Below are positions 48,646 to 58,751 of a stretch of 64,000 nucleotides of DNA, one piece after another. This DNA is from Methanothrix harundinacea (GTDB lineage: Archaea > Halobacteriota > Methanosarcinia > Methanotrichales > Methanotrichaceae): NCBI GenBank assembly GCA_002502785.1, contig DAQG01000046.1, positions 4,018 to 68,017 of the forward strand, read 5' to 3'. The position numbers and the translations under genes are program-made. The stretch's first letter is position 1, and each line of letters starts with the position of its first letter. The notes under the pieces were generated by a model. The model was given only the letters and a program-made list of their open reading frames with translations, was not told the DNA's origin and did no database searches.

Positions 48646-48981
48646 TCACCACCAGTCTCTGATGAGCATCTCAAAGAAGGTCCCATTCCATGTGGTGTTG
48701 ACGTGAAGGGGAATCGGGTCCACAGGGCCGGTGAGGTTCTCGAAATCGCGGAACATGCTATCGTTTCTCATGAGATGATAGAAGGGTGGATCCGCTCCGG
48801 CTGGTGATCTGGTCTCGTTGAAGATCCCCTCCCCTGCTGAGCGGTTCACAAACCCGATCCCCTCTCCGGCCAGGAGAGCCTCCAGCTCGTCCAAGTCGCC
48901 GGTGAAGTTGAGGGCGAGTGGGTCCAGAGCGGGCGATGCCGCCGCCACCGTCGAGAAGAGAAGGAAGAATATCAGACGCAC
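48646..48981 (-). CDS. Small secreted hypothetical protein, dense in N-glycosylation sequons
   Basis: GTG start and the signal peptide MRLIFFLLFSTVAAASPA. It has seven N-x-S/T sequons in 111 aa (NFT, NRS, NET, NDS, NLT, NTT, NGT). Confidence 0.4.
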   Translation of the reverse strand: MRLIFFLLFSTVAAASPALDPLALNFTGDLDELEALLAGEGIGFVNRSAGEGIFNETRSPAGADPPFYHLMRNDSMFRDFENLTGPVDPIPLHVNTTWNGTFFEMLIRDWW

Positions 48982-49016
48982 GTTCTGCCTCCGGAATCGA
49001 TAGAATTTTGGTTTTA

Positions 49017-49090
49017 AGCCCCGGGCGTGATTCGAACACGCGACCTAGTGATTACAAGTCACTCGCTCTAGCCAGCTGAGCCACCGAGGC
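49017..49090 (-). tRNA. tRNA-Thr (anticodon TGT)
   Basis: Hand fold: acceptor GCCTCGG/CCGGGGC, D arm GCTC/GAGC, anticodon stem AGTGA/TCACT with loop CTTGTAA, and T arm GCGTG-TTCGAAT-CACGC. Confidence 0.9.
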
Positions 49091-49118
49091 CCGTTTCCTC
49101 TCGTACCATCCTCAACAT

Positions 49119-50081
49119 TTAAAGACTTTGCTCCGCCCGGACCCGGTCCAGGAGCCTGCAGCTTGCGCAGATCCCGTCGCTGGACGGCTCTCCGCACCGG
49201 TTGCAGGGTATGACCTCGTAAGAGCCGGGGGGCTCCCGCGCGAGGATTTTGTCAAAGCCTTTCATGATCGAGTACTTGGTTCCAGGGTGCTTCGCCTCGA
49301 TCTCGTTCAAGAGGTCTTTCACCTCCTGCCTCATGGCCCTCGATATGTAGGGACAGGCCGAGGTGTCGATGGGAATATTGTGGGTTATGGCGTAGATTCC
49401 CATCTCTTTCTCAGGAACGCGGCGCAGCGGCTTTATTCGGGGTACCATGCCCGCAAGAGCCCTCTTCGGTCTGAGCCTGTAGAGCCGGTCGACGTCCCCT
49501 TTCAGATAGTTGAGCATCACCGTTTGGGCCTCGTCGTCGAGGTTGTGGCCTGTGGCGACGGCGTCGGCCGAAAGCTCCCGAGCCGTTTTGTTCAGAAGCC
49601 CCTTCCGGAGGACGCCGCAGAAGCTGCATGGTCCCTGGGCGTGGCCCTGGGAGGCCATCAGGTCTGTGGTGACGCCGAAGTTGTCCTCGAGCTTCTCGAC
49701 GACGTGCTCGATTCCGAGCTGCTTTGCAACTGCCTCCGCCGCCTGAATCGTCTTCGTCCTGTATCCCTCGATACCCTCGTCGATGGAGATGGCCAAAAGC
49801 TCCACGTCATCTCTGTATGAGAAGAGGTTGTGGAGGATCATGAGAAGGGAGGAGCTGTCTTTGCCGCCGGAGACGGCCACTGCTATCCTGCAGGGTTTCC
49901 CGAATATCCTGTAGGCCCGGAGGACCTCCTTTACCTTTCTGTGGACGTCCTCCTCGAAGTGCTGGGCGCAGAGGTGCTTTCCCGAGTACTTCTGAAATAT
50001 CACAGCCCGCCCCGAGCACTTGTCGCATGATATCATCGTACCGACCGGGATCTGCTGAGATATAAGAACATATCCCGTCAC
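49119..50081 (-). CDS. ncsA: tRNA 2-thiolation PP-loop ATPase (NcsA/TtuA/Ncs6 family)
   Basis: N-terminal zinc finger CDKCSG...CAQH, PP-loop AVAVSGGKDSS, CSFCGVLRK, GHNLDDEAQT and C-terminal CNRCGEP...CASC. Confidence 0.8.
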   Translation of the reverse strand: MTGYVLISQQIPVGTMISCDKCSGRAVIFQKYSGKHLCAQHFEEDVHRKVKEVLRAYRIFGKPCRIAVAVSGGKDSSSLLMILHNLFSYRDDVELLAISIDEGIEGYRTKTIQAAEAVAKQLGIEHVVEKLEDNFGVTTDLMASQGHAQGPCSFCGVLRKGLLNKTARELSADAVATGHNLDDEAQTVMLNYLKGDVDRLYRLRPKRALAGMVPRIKPLRRVPEKEMGIYAITHNIPIDTSACPYISRAMRQEVKDLLNEIEAKHPGTKYSIMKGFDKILAREPPGSYEVIPCNRCGEPSSDGICASCRLLDRVRAEQSL

Positions 50082-51124
50082 CGGTTGATCTTGTACCTCG
50101 TGATCGCCGCAACCCCTCCCAGGGCACAGAGCCTCTTTCCCGGCTCAAACTCCGAGCTGAAGATCACAACCCTTCCTCTGGCGTTAGAAACCGACCTCAC
50201 CAAGTCGTCCATCTCGGGTCTTCGGACCAGATCGCCTGAGACCATCAGGGTCTCGACGGCCCCGATTTCCACAGCACCTTTCACCTCGGCGGGACCGTAA
50301 GCTGCTCTGCCATCGGTGGCGATCTCTCGGAGCAGGTCTTCGATCAGGGTCGTCTCCAGGGCGAGCCTGCTCACTTCCAGGATCTTGTCTATGGCACCTC
50401 GTCGGAGTACCTCTTGGAACCCCGAGACCCCCATGGTGGTGGCGTCGTACAGGATGATCCTTGATGCGAGGTCTGGGTAGGCAGCATCGATCCTCTTTTT
50501 TAGATCCTCCTTGGTGAAGCCGGGTCCTGCCAAAATCACCCTGGAATCGGAGACGGCAACTCTGTTGAGCTCCTTTGCAGCCTCGTCCAGAAACTCGGAC
50601 CTGCGGTCGCCCCCTTTGCCGCCCATGCCTTTGCCTCCTCCCATCTTGATCTCCGAGGCGGTCTCGACGCCGAACTGTCGGAGGACCCCGATCGCAGCCT
50701 CCCCCTCCTCGATCAGGGCGATCACCACCTTCGGCCGTTTCGCCTCGGCCACGGCCTCCTTGATCCGCGCAATCTCGTCGGGCCGCCACCTCTTGATGAT
50801 CGAAACGTCGGCCCCCGGCTCCAGGTTGAGGGTGTGATAGGAGGCGACGTCCGGTCCTACCTCGATCACCCCGTGGACCCGGAGCCAGTTGGAGTGGGTG
50901 TGAAACTCCACCGACTCCGCCCTTATGCCGAGCCTCACCGGCCTTCGTTCCAGCTTTTCGGGCCGGAGCTTGTCGGTGGCGGCGGTCGCCTTTCGGTGGG
51001 TCAGAGCGAAGACGAGGTCGCCGGGGGCGATCAGGTACTTGAGGTGCCAGAGGTCGTCGATCGACTCGGGCACGAGGGTGATCTCCCCCTCCTCGCCGCG
51101 GAGGCTCTTTTTCAGAACGCGCAT
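50078..51124 (-). CDS. pelA: mRNA surveillance protein Pelota (Dom34 homolog)
   Basis: GEITLVPESIDDLWHLKYLIAPGDLV... and an eRF1-like C-terminal region. Confidence 0.9.
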   Translation of the reverse strand: MRVLKKSLRGEEGEITLVPESIDDLWHLKYLIAPGDLVFALTHRKATAATDKLRPEKLERRPVRLGIRAESVEFHTHSNWLRVHGVIEVGPDVASYHTLNLEPGADVSIIKRWRPDEIARIKEAVAEAKRPKVVIALIEEGEAAIGVLRQFGVETASEIKMGGGKGMGGKGGDRRSEFLDEAAKELNRVAVSDSRVILAGPGFTKEDLKKRIDAAYPDLASRIILYDATTMGVSGFQEVLRRGAIDKILEVSRLALETTLIEDLLREIATDGRAAYGPAEVKGAVEIGAVETLMVSGDLVRRPEMDDLVRSVSNARGRVVIFSSEFEPGKRLCALGGVAAITRYKINR

Positions 51125-51180
51125 GAGATATCCTTCGGATCAAAAGGCTTAAATGGATTGCCTGAAAAGGCAGGGTTCGA

Positions 51181-51253
51181 GCCGCCATAACTCAGTTGGT
51201 AGAGTGTCTGGCTGTTAACCAGATCGTCACAGGTTCGAGCCCTGTTGGCGGCG
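51181..51253 (+). tRNA. tRNA-Asn (anticodon GTT)
   Basis: Acceptor GCCGCCA/TGGCGGC, anticodon stem TCTGG/CCAGA with loop CTGTTAA, and a T loop GGTTCGAGCC. Confidence 0.9.
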
Positions 51254-51272
51254 TCTAAAAAAAACGTTTCTT

Positions 51273-51347
51273 GGGCCTGTAGCTTAGTCCGGTTAGAGCG
51301 CTCGGCTCATAACCGAGTGGTCGCCGGTTCAAATCCGGCCAGGCCCA
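51273..51347 (+). tRNA. tRNA with CAT anticodon (elongator Met or Ile2; not initiator-like)
   Basis: Acceptor GGGCCTG/CAGGCCC (G1-C72, unlike the archaeal initiator A1-U72), anticodon stem CTCGG/CCGAG with loop CTCATAA. Confidence 0.85.
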
Positions 51348-51382
51348 TTTTCCCAAATAAACTCAAAAACTCGGAAGCTGGC

Positions 51383-53599
51383 TCAGCAGCCGGAAGCCTC
51401 TTCTGCCAGGGTTTTGGCGGCAACTTGCCAGGAAGATATCTTCTTTTTGTTCAGCCCGGTCTTTTCGGCCAAGTCCTCAGCCTCGGCTCCGGCGAGATCG
51501 AGGGCGGTCTTGACCCCGGCAGCACCGAGCTTTTCCAGGGTCTTGGGGCCGATTCCCGGGATTTTGGCGAGAGCGTCTACCTCGGCCTTCTTCTTCGCCT
51601 CCTCGGCCTTCTTCGCCTGCCACTGATCGAAGTTGCACTTGGGGCAGCCCAGGTCCCAGGGCCGTTTGCCCTTGTTGATTATGCGGATGTGGTACATCCC
51701 GTGCTCTTCGCACACCTTGTCGGTGACGATGATCATCCCGAACTTTGGAAGGGGCAACGTGTTGGTGCAGTCGGGATAGCCCGTACATCCGATGAACCTG
51801 CTGCCGCGTCGTCCCCTCCTGATGATCAACTCCTTGCCGCAGGAAGGACAATTGCCCACGATCTTGTCGGTCCGAAGCCCCTCTCGAAGGGAGGTCTCTA
51901 TCTCCTCCTGGTGCTTGAGAAGATCGTCGAAGACGGTGTCCAGCATCGACCTCGACTCCTCGATCACCTCTCCCTCCACGAGACGACGTTCGGCGATCTT
52001 CGTCATCCCCTCCTCCAAAGTCCGGGTCATCTCCGGTTTGGTGATGGTGGGCGAATGGCGTTCAAGGGCTTCGATCACCGCATAAGCGGTGTTCGTCGGT
52101 TTCATGGGGTTTCCGTGGACGTAGGCTCTAGCGTATAGTTTGCTTATTATCTCGTGCCTCGTCGACTTCGTCCCCAGGCCCAGCTCGTCCATCAGCTTCA
52201 CGAGCCTGCCCTGGCCGTATCTCGAGGGCGGCTGGGTCTCCTTGTCGACGAGCTCTTTTCCGAGGACCGGAAGCCTCTCCCCCTCGGCTAGTTCGGGCAG
52301 GATCTGCTCGGCAGCCTTGCTGTAGGGGTAGCACGCTCTCCAACCGGCCTCGATCTGTCGAGCGCCCATCGCCTTGAAAGGCTCGCCTCCGATGTCCAGC
52401 TTGACGTTCATGACGATCCATCGAGAGGGCTCGGATAGGGTCGCCAAAAAGCGCCGCACTACCAGCTCGTAGATCTTCCATTGGTCGCTCTTCATATCCT
52501 TCTTGGTGGCCGAGGCCGTCGGGTATATGGGCGGATGATCCGTCGATTTTCTCTTCCCTCTGGTCGGCACCATCGGCCCTTTCAGCACCCTCTCGGCCTC
52601 TTCTCGGAACGGCCCCTTCTTGAAGATCGAGACGAGGGCCTTCAGGTCAAGGGTGGTCGGGTAAACCGTGTTTTCGGTTCTGGGGTAGCTTATGAACCCG
52701 CTCGTGTAGAGCCACTCTGCGATCCTCATGGCGTTGGCTGCGGAAAAGCCGATGCTGCTGGCGGCGCTGATGAAGGCGGTGGTGTCGAAGGGGGCAGGTG
52801 GTCTGTCGGTCCTCGTCTTCTCCTTTATGGAGATCACTTCGGCAACGTCGTCGAGGCCGTCAAATATAGACCTCGCCACGTCGCCCTCCCATATCCTGCC
52901 CTTTTCGTGCTTGACCCGGAGGTCCTTTTCGAGGTCGGCGTAGATCTCCCAATACGGCTGGGGCTTAAAGGCCTCGATCTCCTTCTCCCGATCGACGATC
53001 AGGGCCAGGGTCGGGGACTGAACTCTCCCCACCGAGAGAAAGCCCTTCCCGAGCCTTCCAGCGGTGATGGAGATGAACCTGGTCAGGGCCGCTCCCCAGA
53101 TCAGGTCCACAACTTGCCTCGCCTCCCCGGAGGATGCGAGATCGAAGTCTACCTCTCCAGGAGATTCGAACGCGTCCAGGATCTCATCTTTGGTTATGGC
53201 GCTGAACCTTACCCTATCGGCTTTGATATCGGGGTTCGCCTCTTCGGCTATCCGGAGCGCCTCGACTCCGATCAGCTCCCCTTCCCGGTCGTAGTCGGTA
53301 GCTATAGTGATCTGATCTACATCTTTTCCGAGATCGTGAAGGGTGGATACTATCTTTGCCTGGGTGGGCTTGGTCACCACCTGGGCGTGGATCAGGTCTC
53401 TGTAGTCCACCTTCTGCCAGTTGTTGTATCCGGGCGGGTAGTCCACCCCGACAATATGGCCGGAGAGGCCCATGACCACCTTGTCGTCGAAATGAAAAGT
53501 CTCGATCCCGTGGACCCTTTTGACCTTGAGCTTTGAGTCGGCGAGAATGTGGGCGATCCGCTTGGCCACGTTGTGCTTTTCCGCAATGATGAGATGCAT
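51383..53599 (-). CDS. topA: DNA topoisomerase I (type IA) with zinc ribbons and C-terminal HhH
   Basis: Toprim domain MHLIIAEKHNVAKRIA...TDYDREGE, active-site region SYPRTENT, zinc ribbons CPSCG..CTGYPDC and CPKC, and HhH LAKIPGIGPKTLEKL. Confidence 0.9.
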   Translation of the reverse strand: MHLIIAEKHNVAKRIAHILADSKLKVKRVHGIETFHFDDKVVMGLSGHIVGVDYPPGYNNWQKVDYRDLIHAQVVTKPTQAKIVSTLHDLGKDVDQITIATDYDREGELIGVEALRIAEEANPDIKADRVRFSAITKDEILDAFESPGEVDFDLASSGEARQVVDLIWGAALTRFISITAGRLGKGFLSVGRVQSPTLALIVDREKEIEAFKPQPYWEIYADLEKDLRVKHEKGRIWEGDVARSIFDGLDDVAEVISIKEKTRTDRPPAPFDTTAFISAASSIGFSAANAMRIAEWLYTSGFISYPRTENTVYPTTLDLKALVSIFKKGPFREEAERVLKGPMVPTRGKRKSTDHPPIYPTASATKKDMKSDQWKIYELVVRRFLATLSEPSRWIVMNVKLDIGGEPFKAMGARQIEAGWRACYPYSKAAEQILPELAEGERLPVLGKELVDKETQPPSRYGQGRLVKLMDELGLGTKSTRHEIISKLYARAYVHGNPMKPTNTAYAVIEALERHSPTITKPEMTRTLEEGMTKIAERRLVEGEVIEESRSMLDTVFDDLLKHQEEIETSLREGLRTDKIVGNCPSCGKELIIRRGRRGSRFIGCTGYPDCTNTLPLPKFGMIIVTDKVCEEHGMYHIRIINKGKRPWDLGCPKCNFDQWQAKKAEEAKKKAEVDALAKIPGIGPKTLEKLGAAGVKTALDLAGAEAEDLAEKTGLNKKKISSWQVAAKTLAEEASGC

Positions 53600-54084
53600 C
53601 CGATCTCCGCCAGTTCTGGAGATAATATAAGTATTTATCGCAGACTTCGATCATCGTGCTGAAGGGGGCAGAGAAGATGCGTGTTCTGCAGGCGTTTTTT
53701 CACCTCCCGGTTTCCCACTCTTTTTACTTCCGGGTTTCGCGCGTCCCTCGCGGCACCTTTCGATCGTTAGTTTACAGATAATACGTATTATGTGCAAACG
53801 GTTGGAGACTGTCAAGCTCATGTAACACAATTACATACATTCGGTATTCCTCTTACAAAATTTAACTTGATATCGAGTGTTCATGCGGAGTACAGCAAGT
53901 CTAATATATAGGCATCATTTGAGCACTAAACCGGGAAACGTCCTATTTTAGACCACATTATCCAGATGTATCATCGTTATTTTGCACCATCCGTCCATTT
54001 GGCTATTTTTTTGCGATTTCTTACATTCTGGGGATCATATTTCAACATATTCGAATAAATGCATTGTTATGAAATGCATCGCGC

Positions 54085-54098
54085 AAAAACTTTAAGTA
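54085..54098 (+). promoter_or_regulatory. Candidate BRE/TATA element for the mcr operon
   Basis: AAAAACTTTAAGTA lies ~150 nt upstream of the mcrB start inside a 650-nt AT-rich intergenic region. Several other AT boxes exist, so the assignment is tentative. Confidence 0.3.
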
Positions 54099-54153
54099 GC
54101 GATATCACCATGGAGAGTTAGGCGGGAGACTGTAGTAGAGAGGATCATTGCCG

Positions 54154-54184
54154 GGTATGATAACACTGGACAGCATATCATACC
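54154..54184 (+). promoter_or_regulatory. Perfect 9-bp hairpin in the putative mcrB 5' leader
   Basis: GGTATGATA (54154-54162) and TATCATACC (54176-54184) are separated by 13 nt. The hairpin ends 62 nt before the GTG start. Confidence 0.4.
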
Positions 54185-54246
54185 GTTCGCACCGGCTGCC
54201 CCAATTCGTTCAGTTTTCTGCTAAAAGGTAAAGGTGGAAAAAGAAC

Positions 54247-55551
54247 GTGTCTGACAAAATAGACCTCTATAGTGACCGTGGCGTTCTTTTAAAGAGTGAC
54301 GTTGACCTGAGCGCCGTCAGCCCACTCAAGAACGCGGCGATGAAGAAACTGATCAACCTGACCAAGCGGACCGTTGCGGTCAACCTGGCAGGAATCGAGA
54401 ACGCGCTGAAGACCGGAAAGGTCGGCGGGCAGGGCAGGCAGATCAAGGGACGCGAGCTCAAGTACGACGTCACCGCCAACGCCGATGCTCTCGCCGCCAG
54501 CATCAAGAGTTTGCTCCAGGTCGATGAGGGTGACGACACCAACGTTAAGATACTGGGTGGAGGAAAGCAGCTTCTGGTTCAGGTCCCCACCGCCAGGGTC
54601 GACGTTGCATCCGAGTTCGTCGTCGGAATGACCGCCGCAGCCGCAGCTGCCACCGAGGCGATCATAGGGCAGTTCAACGCCAGCATGTACGACGCGCCCA
54701 TGGTCCACGCTGCAGTCTGGGGCCAGTACCCCCACACCGTTCCTATGTCCGGCGGAAACATCGCATCTGTTCTCAACATCCCCCAGAACGATGAGGGTCT
54801 CGGCTTCGCTCTCAGGAACGTCATGGCCAACCACCTTGCCGCCATCTGCAAGAGGAACGCCATGAACACCGCCGCTCTGTCATCCATCCTCGAGCAGATC
54901 GGAAACTTCGAGATGGGCAACGCCATAGGCATCTTCGAGAGGCACCAGTTGCTCGGCCTCGCCTACCAGGGCCTTAACGCCGACAACATGGTCTACGACC
55001 TCGTCAAGTCCAACGGCAAGACCGGAACCATCGGAACCGTCGTCCAGTCCACCGTTGAGAGGGCCCTTGAGGACGGAGTCATCAAGGCCGGCGAGAAGCT
55101 CCCCTCCGGATTCGTCATGTACGAGGCAAACGACGTCTCCAAGTGGAACGCTTACTGTGCAGCAGGCACTCTCGCAGCCACCATGGTCAACTGCGGTGCC
55201 CTGAGAGGCGCTCAGGCAGTATCCTCAACCCTGCTTTACTTCAACGACGTCATCGAGAAAGAGACCGCTCTGCCAGGCTGCGACTGGGGCAAGGTCATGG
55301 GAACCGCCGTCGGTTTCTCCTTCTTCAGCCACTCCATCTACGGCGGCGGCGGACCCGGTGTCTTCAACGGCAACCACGTCGTGACGAGGCACTCCAGAGG
55401 ATTCGCTATCCCCTGCGTGGCCGCAGCAGTTGCTCTTGACGCCGGTACCCAGATGTTCACCCCGGAGATGACTTCCGGACTGGTCGGAGCCGTTTACGGA
55501 GAGATCAAGGAGTTCCGCGAGCCTATCATCTCAGTTGCGGAGGCTGTATAG
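54247..55551 (+). CDS. mcrB: Methyl-coenzyme M reductase beta subunit
   Basis: GTG start after [17 protein letters not shown]...V.L..VSPL.N and FYGYGGGPG-type C-terminal motifs ([13 protein letters not shown]) fit McrB. Length is 434 aa. Confidence 0.95.
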   Translation: MSDKIDLYSDRGVLLKSDVDLSAVSPLKNAAMKKLINLTKRTVAVNLAGIENALKTGKVGGQGRQIKGRELKYDVTANADALAASIKSLLQVDEGDDTNVKILGGGKQLLVQVPTARVDVASEFVVGMTAAAAAATEAIIGQFNASMYDAPMVHAAVWGQYPHTVPMSGGNIASVLNIPQNDEGLGFALRNVMANHLAAICKRNAMNTAALSSILEQIGNFEMGNAIGIFERHQLLGLAYQGLNADNMVYDLVKSNGKTGTIGTVVQSTVERALEDGVIKAGEKLPSGFVMYEANDVSKWNAYCAAGTLAATMVNCGALRGAQAVSSTLLYFNDVIEKETALPGCDWGKVMGTAVGFSFFSHSIYGGGGPGVFNGNHVVTRHSRGFAIPCVAAAVALDAGTQMFTPEMTSGLVGAVYGEIKEFREPIISVAEAV

Positions 55552-55566
55552 ATAGGTTGGGTATGC

Positions 55567-56061
55567 ATGGTCACTAAATCAGACACGGAACCGGTCCAGA
55601 TTGAGATCTTCCCTCGAAGGTTTCTCAACCCGGACACTGCTCAGCGCCTCCTCGACGAGATCTACAGGTCAGAGGGGGTCCTCAGGATAATGATCCAGGG
55701 GCCAAACCTTCCGAGGGAGGTACCCTATGGTCCAGCGAAGGGCACTCCCATCGAGGAGCATAAGAATTTGCTCCTTACGCTGGGGGATCAAGCTCTTGAG
55801 TTGAAGGTGAAAGTTGGCAGGATCGGGCTGGAGCTGGAGAGCGAAGAACATATTGAAGGCGTAAGAGCTGCGTGTGAGCGAACGTTGCCCTTTTCCTTCA
55901 GTATCAAAAAACGGAAGCTCTTTCACAACAAGCTGACCGTCTCGGATTACGCGAAGTACGGAAGCAAGGTGGAGGACGAGAGAATCCTTGGACTGGTCGA
56001 TCCGAAGGCCAAAAAGGAAAAAAACCTGGCCATGTTGTCTGATAGCAGAGGTGACTCGTAA
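55567..56061 (+). CDS. mcrD: Methyl-coenzyme M reductase operon protein D
   Basis: IEIFPRRFLNPDTAQRLLDEIY..EGV.RI.I.GP.LP..VPYGPAKG and VKVGRI.LEL fit McrD. Confidence 0.9.
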   Translation: MVTKSDTEPVQIEIFPRRFLNPDTAQRLLDEIYRSEGVLRIMIQGPNLPREVPYGPAKGTPIEEHKNLLLTLGDQALELKVKVGRIGLELESEEHIEGVRAACERTLPFSFSIKKRKLFHNKLTVSDYAKYGSKVEDERILGLVDPKAKKEKNLAMLSDSRGDS

Positions 56062-56085
56062 CATTTTCACAAGGAGGTTTAGGAT

Positions 56086-56853
56086 ATGGCATACAAACCC
56101 CAATTTTATCCCGGCACTACGTCTGTTGGCGTGAACAGGCGCAAGCACATGTCCGGCGATCTGGAGAAGCTGAGAGATATCTCCGATGCCGACGTCGTAA
56201 CTATAATGGGCCACAGGGCCCCCGGTGCAGATTACCCCAGCACCCACCCACCCCTGGCCGAGATGGGCGAGCCCGACTGTCCCATAAGGCAGCTTGTAGA
56301 GCCCACCCCCGGCGCAGCTGCTGGAGACCGAATCAGGTACTCCCAGTTCGCTGACTCCATGTACAACGCTCCCGCCATTCCATACTGGAGAAGCTACTGG
56401 GGAGCAATCAACTGCAGAGGCGCAGACCCAGGAACTCTCTCAGGCCGACAGATCATCGAGGCCAGAGAGAGAGACATAGAGCAGTACACTAAGGTCCAGA
56501 TGGACTCCGAGATGACCGACGTAGCTCTCTGTTCCATGAGAGGCTGCACTGTTCACGGCCACTCCCTGAGGCTTCAGGAGGACGGCATGATGTTCGACAT
56601 GCTGGCCAGGACAGAGATGGGCGCTGACGGCAACGTATACTACGTCAAGGACCAGGTCGGTATCCCCCTCGACAGGAAAGTCAACGTTGGAAAGGGCATG
56701 AGCGAGGCGGAGGTCGCCAAGAGGACCACCATCTTCAGGCACGACAACATACCTTTCGGCGGGGCACAGGGCGCAAGGAAGTTCGATGAGGGTCTGATCG
56801 CTCTGCACCACATGTGGGAGCGCAGAAGCAAGTGGGGCTACAGGCCAGAGTAA
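56086..56853 (+). CDS. mcrG: Methyl-coenzyme M reductase gamma subunit
   Basis: MAYKPQFYPGTTSVGVNRRKHM...GHRAPG..YPSTHPPL...VHGHSLRLQEDG are canonical McrG motifs. Length is 255 aa. Confidence 0.95.
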   Translation: MAYKPQFYPGTTSVGVNRRKHMSGDLEKLRDISDADVVTIMGHRAPGADYPSTHPPLAEMGEPDCPIRQLVEPTPGAAAGDRIRYSQFADSMYNAPAIPYWRSYWGAINCRGADPGTLSGRQIIEARERDIEQYTKVQMDSEMTDVALCSMRGCTVHGHSLRLQEDGMMFDMLARTEMGADGNVYYVKDQVGIPLDRKVNVGKGMSEAEVAKRTTIFRHDNIPFGGAQGARKFDEGLIALHHMWERRSKWGYRPE

Positions 56854-56869
56854 ATGGTGGTGAGATAAG

Positions 56870-58549
56870 ATGGGAAAAATTCATTCTAAGAAGCTTTTCG
56901 TAAAGGCTCTCAACAAGAAGTTCGGAAAGGAATTGGACCTTTCCGGAAAGACGACCACTTATGAGAGAAAGGGTCCCACGCAGAATGCCCGTAAGGTAGA
57001 GTTCATGGAGGCCTCCAAGAAGCTGGAAGGCAAGAGAGGTATCTCCTTCTACAACCCGTACGTCCACGCTGGCGGTGTTCCGCTGGGTCAGAGGCAGCTC
57101 GTACCCTACAAGCTCTCCACCACCGAGTATGTCGTAGAGGGTGACGACCTTCACTTCGTAAACAACCCCGCCATGCAGCAGATGTGGGACGACATCAGAA
57201 GGACCATCGTGGTCGGTCTGGACATGACCCACGAAGTGCTGGAGAAGAGGCTGGGCAAAGAAGTCACTCCCGAGACGATCAACAACTATCTCGAGATTCT
57301 GAACCACGCCATGCCAGGCGCAGCCGTGGTCCAGGAGCACATGGTCGAGACCCACCCCGGTCTTGTCGACGACTGTAACGTCAGGATCTTCACTGGCGAC
57401 GACGACCTCGCAGACGAGATCGATGACCAGTACGTCATCGACATCAACGCGCTCTTCCCCGCCGACCAGGCTGAGGAGATCAAGGCCGCCATGGGCAAGA
57501 CCACCTGGCAGGCTATCCACATCCCGACCATCGTCTCGAGGACTTGTGACGGCGGTACCACCTCCAGGTGGAGCGCCATGCAGTTGTCCATGACCTTCAT
57601 CGACGCCTACAACATGTGCGCCGGTGAGGCCGCTGTGGCTGACCTCGCCTTCGCCGCAAAGCACGCTGCCGTCATCCAGATGGCCGACATGCTTCCCGCG
57701 AGAAGGGCCAGAGGCCCCAACGAGCCCGGTGGAGTTAGCTTCGGCTTCCTCTCTGACATGGTCCAGACTTCCAGGACCAAGCCCGACGACCCGCCACAGG
57801 TCTCCCTGAACGTGGTCGCTGCCGGAACTATGCTCTACGACCAGATCTGGCTCGGGAGCTACATGTCCGGTGGTGTCGGGTTCACCCAGTACGCCACTGC
57901 AGCCTACACCAACGACATCCTGGACGACTACTCCTACTATGGCTGCGACTACGCCATAGACAAGTACGGCGACTGGTGCAGCGCGCCTGTCGACCTGGAG
58001 ACCGCCAAGGACATCGCCACCGAGACGACCCTCTACGGCATAGAGCAGTACGAGGCCTTCCCGACCGTTCTCGAGGACCACTTCGGTGGGTCCCAGAGGG
58101 CTTCCGTCCTGGCCGCCGCTTCCGGTATCTCCTCTGCCTGCGCCACCGGAAACAGCCAGATCGGTTTGGCTGGCTGGTATTGCAGCATGCTGGTGCACAA
58201 GGAGGCCTGGGGAAGACTGGGCTTCTTCGGATACGACCTGCAGGACCAGTGCGGTCCGACCAACGTCTTCAGCTACCAGGGCGACGAGGGCAGCCCCGTC
58301 GAGCTGAGAGGCCCCAACTATCCGAACTACGCGATGAACGTCGGTCACCAGGGCGAGTATGCAGGCATCTCCTGCGCAGCTCACGCTGCCCGCAAGGACG
58401 CCTACACTCTCAACCCCCTGATCAAGGTGACCTTCGCGAACCCGGCGCTGATCTTCGACTTCGCCGACGTCAGGAAGGAGTTCGGAAAGGGCGGTGCCAG
58501 AGAGTTCCGCGCGGCCGGCGAGAGATCCTTGGTCATGCCCGCAGTGTAG
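56870..58549 (+). CDS. mcrA: Methyl-coenzyme M reductase alpha subunit
   Basis: [29 protein letters not shown] and [15 protein letters not shown] are canonical McrA active-site and PTM segments. Length is 559 aa. Confidence 0.97.
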   Translation: MGKIHSKKLFVKALNKKFGKELDLSGKTTTYERKGPTQNARKVEFMEASKKLEGKRGISFYNPYVHAGGVPLGQRQLVPYKLSTTEYVVEGDDLHFVNNPAMQQMWDDIRRTIVVGLDMTHEVLEKRLGKEVTPETINNYLEILNHAMPGAAVVQEHMVETHPGLVDDCNVRIFTGDDDLADEIDDQYVIDINALFPADQAEEIKAAMGKTTWQAIHIPTIVSRTCDGGTTSRWSAMQLSMTFIDAYNMCAGEAAVADLAFAAKHAAVIQMADMLPARRARGPNEPGGVSFGFLSDMVQTSRTKPDDPPQVSLNVVAAGTMLYDQIWLGSYMSGGVGFTQYATAAYTNDILDDYSYYGCDYAIDKYGDWCSAPVDLETAKDIATETTLYGIEQYEAFPTVLEDHFGGSQRASVLAAASGISSACATGNSQIGLAGWYCSMLVHKEAWGRLGFFGYDLQDQCGPTNVFSYQGDEGSPVELRGPNYPNYAMNVGHQGEYAGISCAAHAARKDAYTLNPLIKVTFANPALIFDFADVRKEFGKGGAREFRAAGERSLVMPAV

Positions 58550-58583
58550 GCGTTTCGCCTACACCCTTTTTCCATTTATTTTT
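58544..58583 (+). terminator. mcr operon terminator: 9-bp perfect hairpin spanning the mcrA stop codon, followed by T-runs
   Basis: GTGTAGGCG-TTT-CGCCTACAC (58544-58564) is followed by CCTTTTTCCATTTATTTTT. A second small hairpin (CCGAC...GTCGG) plus TTTTT follows at ~58584-58607. Confidence 0.6.
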
Positions 58584-58751
58584 CCGACTCAACGTCGGTC
58601 GTTTTTGGTCAGTTCGATTATAACGTCAATTCCGAGTTTACAATCGCGTCGGATTTGATCTACTAAAAATAGCCGCTCGACGTCCCTCGGTTGAAACGTT
58701 ACGATAAATATATTCAATAAAAAATAATTTTTAGGGTTTATATGCTAGATT

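Noticed and set aside
51245-52138. A 297-aa plus-strand ORF spanning the tRNA(CAT) gene and the 3' part of topA.
   Set aside because: It runs through a clean tRNA gene and lies antisense to topA. It carries no motifs.
56735-58384. A 549-aa ORF antisense to mcrA. Similar long antisense or overlapping ORFs include 44062-45246, 50184-51188, 52481-53536, 32498-33379, 33046-33948 and 15956-16519.
   Set aside because: They overlap genes with unmistakable conserved products. Their translations are Arg/Gly/Pro/Val-rich low-information sequence, typical of stop-poor alternative frames in high-GC DNA.
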